From: an uncultured Methylomirabilota bacterium
GTDB taxonomy: Bacteria > Methylomirabilota > Methylomirabilia > Methylomirabilales > 2-02-FULL-66-22
NCBI GenBank assembly: GCA_963845565.1
Contig: CAWJSJ010000002.1
Coordinates: 2,592,001 to 2,656,000 of the forward strand
DNA: 64,000 nt
Reading direction: 5' to 3'
Shown here: positions 22,055 to 32,908 of the stretch, piece by piece
Position numbering within the stretch: the first letter of the stretch is position 1
How the letters are laid out: each line of letters opens with the position of its first letter
Program-made: the position numbers and the translations under genes
Notes under the pieces: model-generated
What the model was told of the DNA's origin: nothing
Database searches by the model: none
What the model saw: the letters and a program-made list of their open reading frames with translations, nothing else

Positions 22055-22338
22055 GCAGTGGTCGTGGAGACGGATGAGGGAATGCTGCTCGGGGCGGCCG
22101 GCGGCGGTCCGCCCCAAATCAAGACATCCGGGCAGAGATCGGCACCATTTTCCCAGACCACCGTTCCACCCTCGGCGCGCACGTCGCGGAATTTCTGGGG
22201 TGACTGGAGGAGTTCGTCAAAGATCGGCCCACGCAGGAGGGGGCGGACGTCCCGCTCGACAACCGTATCATTGGTCAGGTGAAGGCGGAGGCGGAAGCCA
22301 TCGAGCGGTTCAACGGCGCGGATGCGGACCATGCTCAT
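22051..22338 (-). CDS. DUF2442 domain protein (putative TA partner)
   Basis: IRAVEPLDGFRLRLHLTND...GTVVWENGADLCPDVL. Confidence 0.8.
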   Translation of the reverse strand: MSMVRIRAVEPLDGFRLRLHLTNDTVVERDVRPLLRGPIFDELLQSPQKFRDVRAEGGTVVWENGADLCPDVLIWGGPPPAAPSSIPSSVSTTTA

Positions 22339-22350
22339 GCACGTCCCTCG

Positions 22351-22611
22351 CTATTCCAAGGGCGAAATCGGTTGCGGCGAGCGACCCCCCTGGGCCATCT
22401 GCCAGGCACCCCGAAGCTCATCGCGATGGAGCACAGCCCATTCCAGCACGAGTGCCAGGGCCCGACGTGGGAACTCGCCACGGTAGATCTCCAGAGATTC
22501 GATGAGAATCAACGCCTCCGCTCCCGAGTACTCCGCATGAAAGTGCGGCGGTTGATGATCATTATAGAACATCTTGATCACGATGCCAAAGAACCTGCAG
22601 ATCTCCGGCAT
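22351..22611 (-). CDS. DUF4160 domain protein (putative TA partner)
   Basis: MPEICRFFGIVIKMFYNDHQPPHFHAEY...VLEWAVLHRDEL...ISPLE. Confidence 0.85.
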   Translation of the reverse strand: MPEICRFFGIVIKMFYNDHQPPHFHAEYSGAEALILIESLEIYRGEFPRRALALVLEWAVLHRDELRGAWQMAQGGRSPQPISPLE

Positions 22612-23335
22612 GCAACCCCCCCAGGAACCTCCGCGCTTCTTGTGGAATCGCAGAATGTAAAGACGATTGAGCCTCACCATAGCATGTGACTGGGGAGTAC
22701 GGCAATCCGGACCTTCAGAGGTTACCCTGTTCATCTGTTCTTGACGGGGACGTTTCGACGCCACGTTGATCGCTGATCGCTAACACTTGGTAACGGCGAC
22801 GCCTCGGGCCCCGTATGGTTCCAACGCGGTCCACGGAAGTAGCCGGGTACTTCCTCACGGCACCATGGGCACGGTGGCTTTGCGACTCGCGTACCGAAAC
22901 CCGATCCACAGGCAGGTGGCCGTTGGTCCCCCGCGAGAGGCGGCGCCTTCCGCTCTTACCGCCGAACGGACGTGATCGTGATCGAGTAGGGGAGGCACAC
23001 CGCCGGGGAGAAGCGGAGAAGCTTTCGAAGCAACAGGAGAAATAAGCAGAATGCAATGCACCAAAAACGTCGCCGACACTTCAGAGTCACCGGAACACCT
23101 CCAGTACGGCCCCGGGCTCTACGGGCATGAACAGCGTTCCGTGGGCCCACAGGCGGCTCCCGGCTGGCTGGCGAAAGTAAGCGGAGCGAACAGTAGGAGG
23201 ACGATGGAGTGGGATGGGAGGAGAGGGGCGTCGCGGATGGGTGCGATGAGCGCCGCGAACCGGCGGCGGGGTGGCCAAGGAGTGGTCGAGGACCCGCGGG
23301 CGGTGGACGGCGCGAGGCGGGCCGGGCGGGTCGCG

Positions 23336-23485
23336 ATGCCACGCCTGCCGCGGCGCCACGTCCCCGGGGGCACGGTCCACGTGGTCGGCCGGTGCCATAA
23401 CCGCGACTGCTGCGTCACGACGCCGGCCGATTGCCTCCTGCTGATCGCGCCGCGCGCCGCCGGAACCGATCGCGTATACCGGTAG
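23336..23485 (+). pseudogene. N-terminal remnant of a Y1/REP-associated tyrosine transposase (RAYT-like)
   Basis: MPRLPRRHVPGGTVHVVGRCHNR matches the 'MPRxxRxxxPGxxYHVxxRGNNR' N-terminus. No HUH motif follows. Confidence 0.55.
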
Positions 23486-23541
23486 AACACAACGTCGAAC
23501 GCAGTGCGTTTGGGACCGCCAACCGTGCGTGCCGGCCGCCG

Positions 23542-23790
23542 TCAGTCCCGCGGCGCCCGGTCTCGGGGGCGCGCCACCACGTACTCTCGAAGTTGGGGAT
23601 CCTCCGCCGGGGTGGGCAGGTGGCGCCGGTCTCCGTTCCGCCGGTCCGGCGCCAGCCGGTGGTCGCGCCGTCGGCGCTGCCCATACCGGCGGTCGCGGAC
23701 CAGTTGCACCGTGGCGCACGACCTGACCGTGCGGACCAACGCCTGCCACACGTCCTCTCGGTCTCGGGCCACAATGATCAGGGCGCGCAC
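23542..23790 (-). CDS. Small hypothetical protein with DRR repeats (start uncertain)
   Basis: LIIVARDREDVWQAL...VQLVRDRRYGQRRR...DRRNGDRR is protein-like. A minus-strand promoter lies upstream. Confidence 0.5.
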   Translation of the reverse strand: MRALIIVARDREDVWQALVRTVRSCATVQLVRDRRYGQRRRRDHRLAPDRRNGDRRHLPTPAEDPQLREYVVARPRDRAPRD

Positions 23791-24054
23791 CGTATGCGGT
23801 GTGGCATGGACGGGGTCTGAGTTGCGCCGAGTTGCCAATCCCAATTCCCAAATCCCGCGCAAGGTGGCGGTGATGGTAATGCCATGGCAACGTCTGTGGC
23901 GAGGGATAACGGGAGACGCGTGGAGGGACGGCGCGCCATTTTCTTTGACCGCGGCGGAAGCCCAAGGTTGCCGGAGTTGCTTGCGACGTGCGACGCGCTG
24001 GCGTGGGCCTCGCCGACCGCCTCGCGTGGCGTTGCCCCCTGGACCGATAATCAT

Positions 24055-24083
24055 AACGTAGGTCCGGGAACATCGCCTGTCAA
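24055..24083 (-). promoter_or_regulatory. Putative sigma70 promoter
   Basis: Minus strand TTGACA-17 bp-TACGTT. Confidence 0.5.
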
Positions 24084-24950
24084 GGAGTAAATGACTCTCC
24101 TTTCAATCCGTGGGTGGGAGAGTCGGGGATCAGCACCCGCGCGTGGACGGCCAATCTCAGAACGCCTTTCAACGGAAACTCCAATTAGGACGTTAGGTTG
24201 TGACTAATGAGGATAAAATCGGCCTCATTTTTATCTTGCATTCCTCCCCTGGACGGGGTAGGTTGGCCGTGCCCCGGAACAGGGGCGAAACCGTCGCATG
24301 GGTGAGGATCCCGGCCGGAGGCCGGCGGCCTTACCAGGAGGGGGCGTATGAGACGACGGAGGCCAACCGCGACCGGGAAATGGAGCCCGAACAATACCGG
24401 TTCCGCGGCGGAGCGGGGGCCGCCCTCAGCCCGACACCTCACGGCGCTCGGCGGCAGGGTGCAAACATCTCGCACTCGCCGCGGGCGTTGTCTGGCAACC
24501 CCGGCCTGATCCTTCCTAGCGTCGGCCGGGCGGTAATCTCATGGGCGTGTCGGCCCAGCACTCCGACCCACCCACGATAACCGGTTTGACGGGCGGGGCC
24601 ACCATTCGCGGCCTCGCCCGATTTCTTTTGCGGGAGGCGATGGCCCGTGGAAGGTCGAGATCAGGGGGTAATCCGATGAGGCTGAGGGGGCGAGGCCACT
24701 CGGAAAAAGGGTACCTACCGGACAGCGTTTAAGGTCTAACCGGTTGATTGCGCAAAGGGGCGGGTGTTATTCCTTGGCGGCCCCGCCGGGTGGCGCAGGG
24801 CGTCATGGCGCGCTGGACGGTCCAGCACACTGCAGGTAGGGGAGGGGAGTGACATGGTTCGCGGCGGGCGCTGCGGTTCGCGCGGTTCTCCGAGGCGCGA
24901 GCGGGCCGCGTAGGGCAATCGGCGCCACGCGTGCAGGCGACCCGTCCGGC

Positions 24951-27243
24951 CTACTTCCCGAACAGACCCTTGATGACCTGATCGAGTCCGCCCCCTTTCT
25001 TGGGGGCCTCCGGCACTGCCGCCGGGGGCGGCCCCGCCCCGTGCCGGCGCCGGCGCCTTCCCGAGGGCGGTCGCGCAGGGAGTGGGATCCGCCGTGGAGC
25101 CGCCGGTCAAGCTCTGCGCCAGCGCCGAGAGCTTCCCCCCGGCGAGGCCGGCGCCGACGGAGAGCGCCGTCTTGGCGGCCTGCGCCTCGTCGATCCCGAC
25201 CGTCGGCTCGGCCAGGGTGCCCCGCACCCGCATCAGCTTCGCCAGCTCACCCGCCCCGATGCCGGCACTGTCCCGGGGGTTCGGGCGCAGCGAGAAGTCG
25301 ATGGTCTCGGTCTTGAGATTTGCCGTGCCGCTGCTGACCACCGTCATCTTGGACGTCTCGAAGGCGATGCCTCGGTCCGTCGTCGCCATCCCGTCCTTGA
25401 CCGCGAACTTGATCACCCCACACTTGAGGTCCGTTTGCGGGTCCGTCTTGCGGAACGGGTTGACCTTCTCCACCACCTGCTTGAGCAGGTCCGCCCCGAG
25501 GAAATCGACGAACTTGTTGTTGATCTTTCCCTCGCCCAGGACCAGCACGAGATCGCCGTTCAGCCCGGCCATCACCTCCCGCACCGACCCGCCGCCGCCC
25601 CGCACGTCGATCGCCAGGTCGGTCTTGGCCCCGCTGACCAGATCGGGATTCCCCGTCTGCTGCATCACCTGGCCGAGATCGACCCCCTTCGCATCGAGCT
25701 TGGTCGCCAGAGCGGCCGTCTTTCCCGAGGAGGCATCCAGCGCCAGGCGGCCGCCGATGGCGCCGCTCCCGACCCGGCCGCTGAACGGCTGGATGTCGAG
25801 TCGCCCGCCGGCAAGCACGAGGCGGACCACCAGGGCCTCGATGGGCATCTTGTTCGGCAGGACCAGCCGGTCGATCTTCACGTCGAGATCGGCATCCGCG
25901 GCCTTGAGGGACTCCAGGGGCAAGGGATCGGCGGTGAACATCCGCCGGTCCTTGGACGGCCCGGCGGGCGTCGGCGCCGCCGCGGGTTTGGCCTGCGCCC
26001 GACCATCCGCCGGAAACAGCTCGGAGAGGTCCAGGAGCGGAGAGGCGAGCTGTGCCCGCACCTTCGGCCGCGGGGCGCCGACCGAGATGGCCCCGCTTCC
26101 AGCCAGCGTGCTCTTGCCGACGCTGGCCTTCAACTCCTCGAACGCGTACGCGCCCTGGGCATCCTTCACGCGCGTCGTCACGCTGAGCGGCGGCAGCGCA
26201 GGCGTCTCGACGCCGAAGGCCTTGGCCGCCGACTTGAGGTCCTTGGATTCGACCGTCACGGCGACGCTGATCCCCTTCGCGTTCAGGGCGTCCTTCACCG
26301 CACCGGTGGCCTTGATGAGGAGCTGCTCCGCCTTGCCCACGCTGGCATCGATCCCGGACACGGACAGGGCCTTGGGCGACCCGCTGACCAGCGCTGCCAG
26401 CGCAAACGGTCCGATGGGCGGCACCTGCTGCCCCGCGAATTTGGCCACCTCGGCAAGCTCAGCCCCCTTGGCCGCCACCTTCAGGTTCAGCCCCTCGGCC
26501 TCCATGGGCTTGGCGACGCTGCCGTCCACCTCCACGGTGGCCCCGCCGGCCTTGAGGGTGAGCTTCAGCGGATACGGCCTGGACGGCGTCTGTAGCTCGG
26601 CCAGAGCCCCCGCGGTGCCGGACAGCGTGAACGCCTTCCCGTTATAGGCAGCCGCCAGGTCGAACGTGACCGGGCTGGTGAGTTCCTTGGCCTCGACATC
26701 CAGACGGTCCAGGGCCAGGGTGGTCGTCTGCTTGGTCTTGCCGTCGCGATAGGCGAGCGTGCCCTTCTCGATGCGCACCTTCTGCACTGCCACGGGGGGG
26801 AGGGCGGTCTTCTCTCCCGTTGGCTGTTTTGGCGATGGCGCGGCAGCGGGCGCTCCGAACACCCAGTTTCCCGTCCCCTTGGCATCCGTCTCCAGCAGGA
26901 TGTCGGGTTGGACCAGAATCAGACGCGTGATCTGGATCTGTCGGAAGATCAGGGGAAGCAAGGCCACCTCCACCTCGAACTGGCCGAGCTTGAGCATCTC
27001 GGGCCGGGATCCCCACGGGGCGTTCGCCAAGGAGACGTCCTTGACGACCACCGCCGGGGAGAGGCCGATCTGGAGATCCAGGTTTCCCCGGATCGTGAGC
27101 TCCCGCCCCGTCGCGGCCTTGGCCTGCTCCGCGATGAGCGGCTTGTACTTATTGACATCGATCGATTTGACGACCACCACGGCGGCAACGACCAGGATGA
27201 CGATCAGGCCGACGACGCCCAGCAGCACGGTCTTGAGACGCAT
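24951..27243 (-). CDS. AsmA family protein with an apparent +1 frameshift near 25040
   Basis: N-terminal TM anchor followed by DVNKYKPLIAEQAKAATGRELTIRG, VSLANAPWGS and an AsmA-like C-terminus. A natural ending (KKGGGLDQVIKGLFGK*) lies in the shifted frame and stops at 24951. Confidence 0.8.
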
Positions 27244-27554
27244 GACGCACCCTCCTTCACCTTCACCTCATCGGCCCGGCACGGGGTCATCGGCGCGGCT
27301 GTTTGCGGCCCGCGCACCAGAGACCTCGCCGCTCCTCCGGATTACCACGGCGCGCACCGGGCCGACTCCGGCATCGGTGGAGACGCTCCGGGATTTCAGT
27401 TTTACAGGTACTCCACGTGTGCGCACTGGTCAAGCGGAAAGGGGGAGGGAGCTCGGTGCGTGCGGATGCTCGGGGACTCGCCGGTGGACGGCTGGCCCCG
27501 CGGGAGCCAGCCGGCAGGAGGCAGCAAGGGGCGAGCAGGCGACGGAGCGCCCGG

Positions 27555-28313
27555 TCAGCCCCGGCCCACGAAAGGCATCTTGGTCGCCATGACGGTCAGG
27601 GAGAGAATGTTGGTGTCCAGCGGCAGGCTGGCCATGTGGACCACGGCGTTGGCGACGTGCTCCGCCTCGATCATCGGCTCCGGCGCGGTGGTTCCATTCG
27701 CCTGCAGGACGCCCTTGGCGAGCCTGGCAGACAAGGGGGTCATGGCGTTGCCGATGTCGACCTGGCCGCAGGCGATGTCGTATTTTCGCCCATCCAGGGC
27801 GATCGACTTGGTGAGGCCCGTGATGGCGTGCTTGGTGGCGGTGTAGGGCGCCGAATTGGGGCGCGGCACGTGCGCGGAGACGGAGCCGTTGTTGATGATG
27901 CGCCCGCCGCGCGGGTCCTGATCTTTCATGATCCTGAAGGCCTCCCGGGCGCACAAGAAGGCGCCGGTGAGGTTGGTGTCCACCACGGTCTTCCACTGCT
28001 CGACGGTGAGTTCCTCGAATAGCAGGCCGGGCACGTTGGTGCCGGCGTTGTTGAAGAGCACGTCGAGGCGGCCGAAGGCGTCCTTGGTGCGTGCGAAGAG
28101 CGCCCGGACCGACTCCGGATCGCTCACGTCGGTGGGAACCGCCAGGGCCCGGCTGGCCGCCGGCCCCGCCTCCGCCACGACCTGCGCGAGCGGCTCCTGA
28201 CGGCGACCGGCGAGCACGACCCGATACCCGTCCCGGAGCAGCGCGAGTGCCGTCGCCCGGCCGACGCCGGTCCCCGCGCCCGTGACGATGGCGACCTTGG
28301 TATGCTGGCTCAT
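27555..28313 (-). CDS. Short-chain dehydrogenase/reductase
   Basis: [31 protein letters not shown]. Confidence 0.9.
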   Translation of the reverse strand: MSQHTKVAIVTGAGTGVGRATALALLRDGYRVVLAGRRQEPLAQVVAEAGPAASRALAVPTDVSDPESVRALFARTKDAFGRLDVLFNNAGTNVPGLLFEELTVEQWKTVVDTNLTGAFLCAREAFRIMKDQDPRGGRIINNGSVSAHVPRPNSAPYTATKHAITGLTKSIALDGRKYDIACGQVDIGNAMTPLSARLAKGVLQANGTTAPEPMIEAEHVANAVVHMASLPLDTNILSLTVMATKMPFVGRG

Positions 28314-28544
28314 TCTCTGGCCTCCTCCGGTGTCTGGCGGTTCTTGGTTTGACGCGGGCGGCCGGCTCATCCGCCGTGTGTGCTTGGCCGCGCCCCGCGG
28401 TGTCCGGCGTACGCCCGGTCACGGGTCGGGTCAGGGTACTGGCGCGCCTGTGGCCAGTCAAGGGGAAAGGCAGGGAAGCGGTTGTTTTCGGGCCGAAATC
28501 TGGTATGCAGAGATCGGTCTTCACGCCTTGATTGCGTGGGCCAT

Positions 28545-29046
28545 GAATGGATTCGTCGATAGCGCCGCATTTCTGGACTCGCTTAAGGCGACCAATCTGA
28601 GCCTGGCGGGGAACCCCTGCCACGAGGAGGAGCTGGAAATCGCCAAGAAGGTAGGCTCGATTTCATCATCAATACGGTCCTGAACCGGCGCCTGGAGATC
28701 GTGGACGTCTTCTCGGGCCACTTGGTCCAGGCCGACCAGCAGGCGGTCGAGCTGCTCCGCCGCATCGTGGCCATCCCCGTGGACCGGGAATTCGACGTCG
28801 TCCTCACGCACGGCGGGTACGTCGGGTTCAACCACTACCAAGTCGCCAAGGTGGCCGTGAACGCCCTCCCGGTCGTCAAGGAGCACGGAATCATCGTCCT
28901 CGCCGCCTGCGAGCGGGACGAGGACCCGATTGGGCCGCCCGAATACAAGACACGGCTCCACCTGCTCAAACTGCAGGGGCCTGATCGATACCTGGAAACC
29001 CTCCGCAGCCCGACGTGGCGCTTCACGAAGGATCAGTGGGAGCCAC
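28545..29046 (+). pseudogene. Internal fragment of a LarA (nickel-pincer lactate racemase family, DUF2088) gene
   Basis: LAGNPCHEEELEIAKKVG / DFIINTVLN...VFSGHL...FDVVLTHGGYVGFNHYQVAK...KDQWEP. Frameshift near 28657, with no N- or C-terminus. Confidence 0.6.
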
Positions 29047-29055
29047 GGATGATTC

Positions 29056-30372
29056 CTACAGCAGGTCCGCCGCCATCTCGGCCAGCTCCGACCGCTCGCC
29101 CTTGACCAGTTCGACGTGCGCCGCGATCGCCCGGTCCTTGAACTTCGAGATGATGTGGGTGAAACCGCTGGAGGCGAAGTCGAGGTACGGGGTGTCGATC
29201 TGGCTGAGATCCCCGGTGAAGACGATCTTGGCCCCTGGCCCGACCCGGGTCAGGATGGTCTTCGCTTCGAGCGGGGTCAGATTCTGCGCTTCGTCGATGA
29301 CGATGAACTGGCCCGCCAGGCTCCGCCCGCGGATGTAGCTCAGCGCCTCCACCTCGATCATCCCGCCCCGCATCAGATCGGCCGGCCGCTGGCCGCCGTT
29401 GCCGCCCAGATCGCCGAGCATGTCCAGGGCATCGTGGATCGGCTGCATCCACGGGTCGAGCTTTTCGTTGAGCGTGCCGGGAAGAAACCCCAGTTCCTTG
29501 CCGACCGGGATGGTCGGGCGGGCGATCACGAGCCGGCGAAAGTCCCGGCTGCGCGCCACCTGGTGCAGCCCGGCGGCAACGGCCAGGAGCGTCTTCCCCG
29601 TCCCCGCCTTGCCGGAAAGCGTGACCAGCCGGATATGCTCGGCCAAGAGGGCGTCCAGCGCGTAGCGCTGCTCGCGGTTCTGCGGGCGGATGCCCCAGAT
29701 GGGATCGGGATCGCGCAACGGGATGAGATGGTCGGAGGTGGCATCGACCCGGGCGAGAAGGCTTTGTTTCGGATTCGCGGTGCTGGTAACCGTGCAATAC
29801 TCGTTCGGTTGGCGGGGGCCGTCGCCGTTGAGGGGGAGGCTGCGGGTGGCCCGGAACGCGGCAAACGTATCCGGGGACACCGTCAACTCGAAGGTCCCGG
29901 GATAGAGATCGCCCGGCCGGACGTGATCCGTCTCGTAATCTTCCGCGCACAGTCCCACGGCGTCGGCCTTGATCCGGAGATTGATGTCCTTGGTCACGAG
30001 CACGGTGGGGGTTGTCGGATTGTTCGCCTGCATCTCCCGGGTCAGATCCACCAGACGCGTATCGACGCTGTTGTCGCCCCCGATCCGCGGCAGGCCGCCC
30101 TCGCGGGACGGCAGGAGGACCTGGAGGCGGCCACCGTTGGGCAGCGGCACCCCCTCGCTGAGCCGCCCCTGGCTCCGGAAGCCGTCGAGCAGCCGGGAAA
30201 CCGCCCGAGCGTGGGCGCCGCGATCGCTGGATTCCCGCTTGAACTTATCGATCTCCTCCAGGACCTCGATCGGGATGATGACCGTATTATCCTGGAAGTC
30301 GAGCAGGGAGTAGGGATTGTGCACGAGCACGTTGGTGTCCAGGATGTAATACTTGGACCGATTCGGCGTCAT
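29056..30372 (-). CDS. PIN-PhoH (PhoH2/YlaK-like) protein
   Basis: N-terminal PIN domain (YILDTNVL, VTKDINLRIKA). PhoH ATPase motifs GKAGTGKT, LGFLPG, YIRGRS, IDEAQN, TGDLSQID. Confidence 0.9.
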   Translation of the reverse strand: MTPNRSKYYILDTNVLVHNPYSLLDFQDNTVIIPIEVLEEIDKFKRESSDRGAHARAVSRLLDGFRSQGRLSEGVPLPNGGRLQVLLPSREGGLPRIGGDNSVDTRLVDLTREMQANNPTTPTVLVTKDINLRIKADAVGLCAEDYETDHVRPGDLYPGTFELTVSPDTFAAFRATRSLPLNGDGPRQPNEYCTVTSTANPKQSLLARVDATSDHLIPLRDPDPIWGIRPQNREQRYALDALLAEHIRLVTLSGKAGTGKTLLAVAAGLHQVARSRDFRRLVIARPTIPVGKELGFLPGTLNEKLDPWMQPIHDALDMLGDLGGNGGQRPADLMRGGMIEVEALSYIRGRSLAGQFIVIDEAQNLTPLEAKTILTRVGPGAKIVFTGDLSQIDTPYLDFASSGFTHIISKFKDRAIAAHVELVKGERSELAEMAADLL

Positions 30373-30778
30373 CTGGATCCTCCGTATCGGGCAAGCCAGG
30401 ACCGAGTGCGCGTCTGGCGGAGCCGACTGCCGCCGAGTGTGCGGCACAGGGAATGGAGACGCGAAAGCACCAGGCGGAAGGGGAGGGGCGCGGGTCTACC
30501 GGGAAGACGGGTCGGGCGAAGGATGGTGCGTTGTATCAAGGCCGATCGCATGCCTCCCTGCGACATAAGAATCATCACTGGAGCCGCACGTTACAGTACA
30601 ATCCGAGCCGCGTCAACATGATGAGAGGGAAAAATTATATCGGGAAACGACGCGCCGGTTACCTGTGCCAGAACTCGGGGCGTACTATCCGTCCGTCAGG
30701 GACTGCCCCGGTGGGGGGATGCAAGTGTTGCTGCAGCCCGGCCCACCCGCCTGCCAGCCAAAGACAACGACCAGGCCG

Positions 30779-32338
30779 CTACCACTCGTCCCGGCGCTCC
30801 GCTGGCGTTCCATCGCGCGTTGCGGCCCGCAGGAAGAAGGGCGCATGGTTCGACGTGAACACCGGGGGATTGCGCGCGAGGATGGCTTTGATGGCGGGGT
30901 CGGCGTTGAACTCGTCCGCCACGAAGGCCCGGACCACGTCCCGGTTCCAGCCGCGGGGGTGGGCGAACTCGCGATAGAGGGAGAGGTCTCCCGGGTAGAA
31001 GGCGCGGGTCGCCAGGCGGGGCGCCTCGGCGCTCGCCGCGGGCAGGTTGAAGAGGGCGACGTTGAGGAAGGCAATTCGGTCCGCGTGCGCGGCGACGAAG
31101 TCCCGCGTCCGGCGGGCGGCGTCGCGGGTCTCCGCCGGTGTGCCGAAGAGGACGTAGAGGAAGACGCCGATCCCCACCCCCGCGAGATTCCGGAGGGCGT
31201 GGTCGATCTGGTCGAGGCGGGTGCCCTTCCCGAGGGCGTCGAGGACCTGCTGATCGGCGGACTCGAGGCCAAGCTGCAGCATGACGCATCCCGAGGCGGC
31301 GAGGCGCCGACAGAAGTCCGGATCGGTCAGGAGCGGAGAAAAACGGGCGAACCCGTACCAGGCGACACCGGGCGGCGCGTCCGCCAGTCCGCGAAGGTAG
31401 AGCGGGGCGATCTCGGTATCCGTGAAATGGAGGAGGCCGGGCGCGTGGCGTGCGACGAGGGCGCCGACCTCCTGCGCCGCGACGGCAACGCGGGTTCCCA
31501 CGTAGCGGCTGGCCTCCGCGGTCTCGGGGCAGAAACTGCAGCGCTTCCAGGGGCACCCGGTCGAGAAGTTGTAGGGCAGTATGCGCGTTGGGGCAAGATA
31601 ATCGAGGGAGGCGAGATCGTCGAAGTCGGGCGGAGCGGTCGCGGCGGCGCGCGGGGCGCCGAGGAGGGCGAGGATCGCCTCCTCGCCCCGCCCGGGCAGG
31701 AGGGCGTCGACCAGGCCGCCGAAGCGCTCGGTCGCGGCAAGCCGTCCCTGCCCGACCCAGGAGGTGATGAGGCCGCCCCCGAGCAGCACGGAGAGATCCG
31801 GGCGGACCGTCTTCAGGAAGCCGATGATGGCAAAGGCGCAGAGGGCTTGACTCAGGTAGTTGACGGAGAGACCGACGGCGCGCGCCGGGAAGGCGGCCAG
31901 CGCGTCGAGGATGCGTGCCTGGAAGCGCGGGAAGAAGACGTTGTCCCGGTAGGCGGCGGCGGCGTCGAGCAGATCGGCGCGCCGCAGCGGCGACCGTCGC
32001 AGGTCGCGGTAGTCGGCCAGACCCGCCTCGACCCCGAAAGGCTCCGATGCCGCCTTGAGGGCGCGGTTCAGATCGAGCACGGCGCGGCGGTAGCGGTCAC
32101 GGCTCGCGTAGGCGGCGGGATCGCGGAGGAGGGCGCGATTCCGGCTCCGGCGGCGCAGCGCGCCCCGCGTCCAGGTGTCCCGGGCATCGGGCTCGAGATC
32201 CAGGAGGTAGTCGAGCCCCTCCCGGCACAAATCGAGGCACCGCGCCGGAATCCCGTTCCGGTTCAGGACGCCCGCCAGCCGGGCGATGCCGAGGGGCGGC
32301 TCGGTAGTCCGCGCCGCGGGGGGGTAGATGAGCAGCAT
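30779..32338 (-). CDS. B12-binding-domain radical SAM protein
   Basis: LLIYPP...PPLGIARLAG cobalamin-binding N-terminus, GCPWKRCSFC cluster motif, LGLESAD, YVLFGTPAET. Confidence 0.8.
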   Translation of the reverse strand: MLLIYPPAARTTEPPLGIARLAGVLNRNGIPARCLDLCREGLDYLLDLEPDARDTWTRGALRRRSRNRALLRDPAAYASRDRYRRAVLDLNRALKAASEPFGVEAGLADYRDLRRSPLRRADLLDAAAAYRDNVFFPRFQARILDALAAFPARAVGLSVNYLSQALCAFAIIGFLKTVRPDLSVLLGGGLITSWVGQGRLAATERFGGLVDALLPGRGEEAILALLGAPRAAATAPPDFDDLASLDYLAPTRILPYNFSTGCPWKRCSFCPETAEASRYVGTRVAVAAQEVGALVARHAPGLLHFTDTEIAPLYLRGLADAPPGVAWYGFARFSPLLTDPDFCRRLAASGCVMLQLGLESADQQVLDALGKGTRLDQIDHALRNLAGVGIGVFLYVLFGTPAETRDAARRTRDFVAAHADRIAFLNVALFNLPAASAEAPRLATRAFYPGDLSLYREFAHPRGWNRDVVRAFVADEFNADPAIKAILARNPPVFTSNHAPFFLRAATRDGTPAERRDEW

Positions 32339-32468
32339 GGCGACGCGATACTACGGGCGCCGCCGGCAAAAGTCCACCGGTGGCTCTGGCGCGAGCAGCA
32401 CGGGGTCCGGATCCCGGTCGCTGCGGTGTGCGGGGTGTCTTCGCGCGAAGTCCGTCCGTCGTTTGGGC

Positions 32469-32521
32469 TTGACGCGGCGCTGACCGTAATATAAGTTATA
32501 TAACATATATAACATATGTAC
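32469..32521 (+). promoter_or_regulatory. Promoter with an AT-rich repeat/palindromic operator
   Basis: TTGACG at 32469 followed by TAATATAAGTTATATAACATATATAACATATGTAC, which contains the palindrome GTTATATAAC and tandem TATATAACA. Confidence 0.55.
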
Positions 32522-32581
32522 TCATCGATTGGACCTGAGGTGTGGCGCGAAGGGGCGGCCGGCAGATACGGGGGTGGTGTG

Positions 32582-32908
32582 ATGTTCGAGAATAAGTCCA
32601 GAGTTCTGCTCATTCTCCCCCAGGACGTCCTCGACCGGGCGCGGGTGGTGGCTGGGAAGGCGACGACGACGCTCAAGCTCCCGGTGAGCCTGCAGATCGT
32701 GCTCCGGGCCCTCATCGAGGAGGGACTCAAGCGGGATGGCGACCGGAGCGTTCTCGCAAACATCGCGGCCCAGTCCCAGGCGGTCCGCCGCATCCGGAGC
32801 CTTGCCCGCAAAGGGGGCGCTGACGGGGAGCGCAGGACCCTCCGGCCGGGTACTCTTCGGGGCGCGACTGGAAGCCCACGGCAGCGGGGCGAGAAGGGTG
32901 GCTTGTAG
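32582..32908 (+). CDS. Small basic hypothetical protein, possibly RHH-like DNA binding
   Basis: SRVLLILPQDVLDRAR...VSLQIVLRALIEEGLKR has a strand-helix-helix pattern. GGTGG RBS. Confidence 0.55.
   Translation: MFENKSRVLLILPQDVLDRARVVAGKATTTLKLPVSLQIVLRALIEEGLKRDGDRSVLANIAAQSQAVRRIRSLARKGGADGERRTLRPGTLRGATGSPRQRGEKGGL

Noticed and set aside
24736..24950. AsmA C-terminal extension to 24736 as given in the ORF track
   Set aside because: The tail is low-complexity read-through after a frameshift. The natural ending GLFGK* stops at 24951.
19310..24950. Prophage or intact integrative element at the tRNAs
   Set aside because: No integrase, phage structural gene, conjugation gene or duplicated tRNA 3' end could be found.
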